Assembly: GCA_020845995.1 (NCBI GenBank)
Contig: JADLES010000172.1
Coordinates: forward strand, 1-57,110
Source of the DNA: Burkholderiales bacterium
GTDB lineage: Bacteria > Pseudomonadota > Gammaproteobacteria > Burkholderiales > SG8-39
Direction: 5' to 3'
DNA: 57,110 bases
Part shown: in pieces, positions 53,455 through 57,110 of the stretch
Position numbering within the stretch: position 1 is the first letter of the stretch
Layout: every line of letters begins with the position of its first letter
Translations under genes and position numbers: made by a program
Notes under the pieces: model-generated
What the model was told of the DNA's origin: nothing
Database searches by the model: none
What the model saw: the letters and a program-made list of their open reading frames with translations, nothing else

Positions 53455-55176
53455 TCAGGAGATGCTCGCCAGGATGCGCTCGACGGCATCCGGCGCAAGT
53501 GGCGTCTCGGGCAGCAGGGCTTGCGCGAGCGCGGACTCCGAGCCGGTGGTCACGCGCCGCAGCGGGTCGCGCGGAGCGAGGCGGTGCACGTACACGAGGA
53601 GGGCGATGAGATGACGGCGCGCGTCCCCCTTTGTTCCCAGGCGCGCGCCCTCGTCGGCAAGCAGCGCCGCGGCGCAGGCGTAGTACAGCCCCGTGGCAGC
53701 CTGGCGGGCATGCGCCTCGTCGCGGGCGCCGGCGCATTCGCGCGCGAACGCGGCGGCCCTGTCCAGCGAGGCGGAGAGGCGTCCGGCCAGCGGATGGGGA
53801 GCGCGCGCGACGCGGGCTTCGAGTTCGGGCAGCAGCGCTTCGAGGCAGTCCTCGCGGCGGATCGCGCGCATCACGTCGAGCGCGACGATGTTCGAGGTGC
53901 CTTCCCAGATCGAGCCCAGGTGCGCGTCGCGCACCAGCCGCGGGTCGGACCACTCCTCCGTGTAGCCCACGCCGCCGCGCACTTCCATGGCGTCGCCGGC
54001 CGCCCGGCGCGCGTCGCGGCAGGCGCGGAACTTGATGAGCGGAGTCAGCAGGCGCACGCAGCGGCGCGCGCGCTCGTCGCCCGCATCCGCCTTACGCAGT
54101 TGCTCCGCGGTGAAGAACAGCACCGAGCGCGCCGCCTCCGCCGGCAGCATCAGCTTGAGAAGCTGGCGCTGCATCAGGGGCAGCTGGACGAGCGGCCGGC
54201 CGAAAGCCTGCCGGTGGCGCGCCACGAACAGGGACTCGGTGAGCGCACGGCGCATGAGCCCCGCGGCGCGCATGCCGTTGGACAGGCGCGACATGTTGAT
54301 CATGTCGGTCATCTGCTTGAAACCCTGCCGCGGGTCGCCGACCAGCCAGGCGAGCGCGCCCTCCAGGCGGATCTCGCCGCTCGGCAGCGCGCGCGGGCCG
54401 AGCTTGTCCTTGAGGCGCACGATGCCGTAGCGGTTGGCGCTGCCGTCGGGAAGCGTGCGCGGGAGCAGGAACAGCGACAGCCCGCGCGTTCCCGCGGGCG
54501 CGCCTTCGGGTCGCGCCAGCACCAGCGCGAGGCCCGCGTCGGGATTGGAGCAGAACCATTTTTCGCCGTGGAGCGCCCAGTACTCGCCTTGCCTGACGGC
54601 TTTCGCGGTCACCCCGCCGACATCGGATCCGGCCTGCTGCTCGGTGATGAACATGGCGCCCTGCACGATCTCGTCCATGTCCTGCGAGGTCAGTCCCGGG
54701 AGGTAGCGGGCGACGAGGCCGGGGTCCGCGTACTTGCGGATGGTGCGCGTCAGCGAATCGGTCATCGACAGCGGGCAGCAGACGCCGAACTCGGCTTGCA
54801 CGTACAGGTAGGTCAGGCCGTATTTCGCCGCCGGCGGCAGCGGCTCGGGCCAGCCCAGCACCCCGCCCCGGTGCGACATCGCGGCAAGGCCGTAGGTGCC
54901 GAAAGCGACTTTCTCCAGCTCGCGGTACGAGGAATGCTTCCGGACCGTCTGGTCCTGAAGCACGGAGACGTTCCTGTCGGCTTCCAGGGCGAGCTCGTCG
55001 AGCTCGCCGCCGGCCATCGCGCCCAGCCGCGCGAAGTGCGGCGCCAGGTGGGCGAACAGCTTCGGGCCGAGGTGCAGGTCGAGCAGGCCGCGATACGAGG
55101 GATCGGCATCGAACAGGTTCAGCCCGCGCGAGTCGGGCACGCCCTCGGGCGAACGGGGGTTGGGCATCGCGGCCAT
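53455..55176 (-). CDS. AidB-like acyl-CoA dehydrogenase family protein
   Basis: Start taken at MAAMPNPRS (55176), whose ATG shares one nt with the stop of the upstream 54-codon ORF (TGATG). The track start at 55215 is the alternative. It has EKWFCSNP and IWEGTSNI motifs and a long C-terminal helical extension. Confidence 0.85.
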   Translation of the reverse strand: MAAMPNPRSPEGVPDSRGLNLFDADPSYRGLLDLHLGPKLFAHLAPHFARLGAMAGGELDELALEADRNVSVLQDQTVRKHSSYRELEKVAFGTYGLAAMSHRGGVLGWPEPLPPAAKYGLTYLYVQAEFGVCCPLSMTDSLTRTIRKYADPGLVARYLPGLTSQDMDEIVQGAMFITEQQAGSDVGGVTAKAVRQGEYWALHGEKWFCSNPDAGLALVLARPEGAPAGTRGLSLFLLPRTLPDGSANRYGIVRLKDKLGPRALPSGEIRLEGALAWLVGDPRQGFKQMTDMINMSRLSNGMRAAGLMRRALTESLFVARHRQAFGRPLVQLPLMQRQLLKLMLPAEAARSVLFFTAEQLRKADAGDERARRCVRLLTPLIKFRACRDARRAAGDAMEVRGGVGYTEEWSDPRLVRDAHLGSIWEGTSNIVALDVMRAIRREDCLEALLPELEARVARAPHPLAGRLSASLDRAAAFARECAGARDEAHARQAATGLYYACAAALLADEGARLGTKGDARRHLIALLVYVHRLAPRDPLRRVTTGSESALAQALLPETPLAPDAVERILASIS

Positions 55177-55340
55177 CACCACAGGTCGAGCGACTGCGCG
55201 CGGATGCGTTCGCATGTTTCCGGGGAGGTCGGGCCACCGGGCGGGAAGGGCGCGACCCAGGGCAGCGATTTGCCCGCGTAGGCCTGCGAGTGACAGGCGC
55301 CCGCGAGCAGCAACAGCGTCGCAAGCAGCAGCAGTCTCAT
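55176..55340 (-). pseudogene. 54-codon ORF: N-terminal remnant of a Bug/TctC-family gene, still translationally coupled on both sides
   Basis: MRLLLLATLLLLAGACHSQAYAGKSLPWVAPFPPGGPTSPETCERIRAQSLDLW. The SD GAGGAGG lies 6 nt upstream. Its ATG overlaps the kinase TGA (ATGA), and its TGA overlaps the ACAD ATG. It is below the track length cut-off. Confidence 0.5.
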
Positions 55341-57097
55341 GGTCGCCTCCTCAGGAATCGGGCGAAGGATTCGTCCGCGCCCAGGACCCAGGTGCCGAAC
55401 TCATCGAGCACCTCGTCGTTCAGCTCCTCGGGCGCGAGCCGCAGCTTGGCCGGGCCGTGCTGGCGCACGTTCATCAGTTCGATGCTGAAACCGGGCTCGT
55501 CGTAGTCGGCGCGCAGCACCGCCTGGCAGGGAAACGGGCCGCTCATGACGAATACGGCGATGGCCGGCCCGGCCGCGCTGCGCCGTTCGCTGAATTCGTG
55601 CTTCACGCCCAGCGCCTTCAGCCGCTCGCGGATCCGTGGCGCCTCCTGCGCGGCGACTTCGAGCGTCTCCGGTTTCGGGAAACGCACCCGGTATTTGAGG
55701 GTCACGTAGTCGGCGCAGGACCTGCCGTGCAGGTCGCGCGTGCGCATGTCGGTGAAGCCCTCGCCGAGGATGGTGCCGTCGCGTTCGCCGAAGAACATCA
55801 CGCCCTGCGCGCCGTCGGACACCGGGTTGGCCTCGTTCAGCACCGTGGCGAATTCCGACAGGTAGCGGAACGCGGCGCGCAGCCGCTCATCCACGCGCTG
55901 GATTGCCGCCAGTTTCCTGGTTTGCTCGGCCGAGACCTCGACCGCGCGGCCGGCCGCCTTCTGCTTGAGCAGGTCGATCGCGGCGCTGCGCCGGGTGCTG
56001 GCCTGCGTGACGCCGGCCTTGGCATCGCGCTCGCGCTCGAACGCCTCGCGCTTGCGTTCCTGCTCCTCGGCCCAGCGGCGGATTTCGGCTTCCTTGCGCT
56101 CGCGCTCCGCCGCCTCGATGCGCAGCGTCTCCTCCTGCTGGCGCTCGAAGTTGCGCGCGAAGACGTCCAGGTCCTCGATCAGGGTCGAGGTTTCCCCCAG
56201 CTCGGAGCGCGCCGGCTCGGCCGCCCTCCGCGGCAGGACCATGGTCTTCGCGTCCTCGGCCGGCGCATCGGCGCCGGCGTTCAGCCTGCGCAGGTCGTTC
56301 GCCATGTCGCCCGGGCGCTGGTAGCGCTGGTCCGGGGACTTGGCGAGCGCGCGGTCGAGGACCGCGTCGAACGCGCGCGGAATCTGCGGGTCGATGCCGG
56401 TGACCGCCGGATGCGCCTCCCCCGCGATGCGGTGCATGACGGCAAACACGGTGTTGTCGCCGGCGCGCTCGAACGGCGTGCGCCCCACGAGCAGCTCGTA
56501 GAGCACCACGCCGAGAGAGAAGATATCGGAGCGCGGATCCAGCGCCTGGCCGGTAACCTGTTCGGGCGACATGTACTTGGGCGAGCCGAGCGCCGAACCG
56601 GTCTGCGTCATCGAGGAGGAGGCGACGTGCGCGACGCCGAAGTCGGTGAGTTTCGCGCGGCCGTCGGCCGAGACCATGATGTTCGCCGGCTTGATGTCGC
56701 GGTGGGTGATCTTGAAGCGCTGGGCGAGGTCGAGACCGTCGGCGATCTGGGCCACCAGGTCGGCGATCGTCGCGAGCGGCAGGCGCCCCTTCTCGCGCAG
56801 GATCTGCTGCAGCGAGCGGCCCTCGAGCAGTTCCATCGCGATGTAGGCGACGCCGTCCTGCTCGCCGACGTCGTAGATGGTCACGATGTTGGGGTGGTTG
56901 AGACGTCCCGCCGAGCGCGCTTCGCGCAGGAAACGCTCGCGCACCTCGTCCATGATCTCGGGCGGCAGATTGGGCAGCAGGGTCTTGATCGCCACGTCCC
57001 GCTCGATCAGCGGATCCACCGCGCGGTGCACCGCGCCCATGGCGCCGCGCCCGAGTTCCGAAACGATCACGTAGCGGCCGAACTGCGTGTGTTGCAA
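55337..57097 (-). CDS. Hanks-type serine/threonine protein kinase with a coiled-coil linker and an unassigned C-terminal domain
   Basis: 586 aa with a TTG start (GGGGAG 7 nt upstream). Kinase motifs: GRGAMGAV, VAIK, HRDIKPANI, DFG and SPKYMSPE. No TM segment. Confidence 0.9.
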   Translation of the reverse strand: MQHTQFGRYVIVSELGRGAMGAVHRAVDPLIERDVAIKTLLPNLPPEIMDEVRERFLREARSAGRLNHPNIVTIYDVGEQDGVAYIAMELLEGRSLQQILREKGRLPLATIADLVAQIADGLDLAQRFKITHRDIKPANIMVSADGRAKLTDFGVAHVASSSMTQTGSALGSPKYMSPEQVTGQALDPRSDIFSLGVVLYELLVGRTPFERAGDNTVFAVMHRIAGEAHPAVTGIDPQIPRAFDAVLDRALAKSPDQRYQRPGDMANDLRRLNAGADAPAEDAKTMVLPRRAAEPARSELGETSTLIEDLDVFARNFERQQEETLRIEAAERERKEAEIRRWAEEQERKREAFERERDAKAGVTQASTRRSAAIDLLKQKAAGRAVEVSAEQTRKLAAIQRVDERLRAAFRYLSEFATVLNEANPVSDGAQGVMFFGERDGTILGEGFTDMRTRDLHGRSCADYVTLKYRVRFPKPETLEVAAQEAPRIRERLKALGVKHEFSERRSAAGPAIAVFVMSGPFPCQAVLRADYDEPGFSIELMNVRQHGPAKLRLAPEELNDEVLDEFGTWVLGADESFARFLRRRP

Positions 57098-57110
57098 GCC
57101 GATGCTCCCC

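Overview
This is a visibly high-GC, very gene-dense proteobacterial chromosome segment. Gene order looks betaproteobacterial: tRNA-Leu-tig-clpP-clpX-lon-hupB-tRNA-Val-tRNA-Asp-ppiD, mltD-gloB / methyltransferase-rnhA-dnaQ, hpnCDE, and many Bug/TctC binding proteins. Positions 1 to ~35.9 kb are mostly housekeeping backbone. That backbone has two small accessory insertions: an RHH / SDR / retropepsin-like trio at 2.1-3.6 kb, and a ~1-kb higBA islet at 12.7-13.8 kb bounded by a duplicated tRNA-Asp 3' end. It also carries two ABC importers, a peptide-type system with atypical architecture and a LIV-type system. Positions ~35.9-57.1 kb are metabolic or accessory: nitrilase, DHDPS-like enzyme, SDR, FAD oxidoreductase, three intact and two decayed Bug genes, acyl-CoA dehydrogenases, a family III CoA-transferase, and MFS and TDT transporters. 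Two items seem most worth follow-up. (i) A translationally coupled four-gene heme-copper-oxidase-like cluster: cupredoxin subunit II with an intact CuA pattern, subunit I with Asn at the position of the cross-link Tyr, an SCO chaperone and a polytopic membrane ORF. This matches the norSY-senC-orf1 (sNOR-type) arrangement, a candidate NO reductase class that to my knowledge has no biochemical characterisation. (ii) A five-cistron operon with overlapping start and stop codons, headed by a Hanks-type Ser/Thr kinase with an unassignable C-terminal domain and followed by acyl-CoA-handling enzymes. I found no rRNA, CRISPR array, IS element, transposase or integrase. Most long ORFs on the opposite strand or in alternate frames are high-GC artefacts. 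All calls rest on reading the translations and the DNA by eye; no database search was run.
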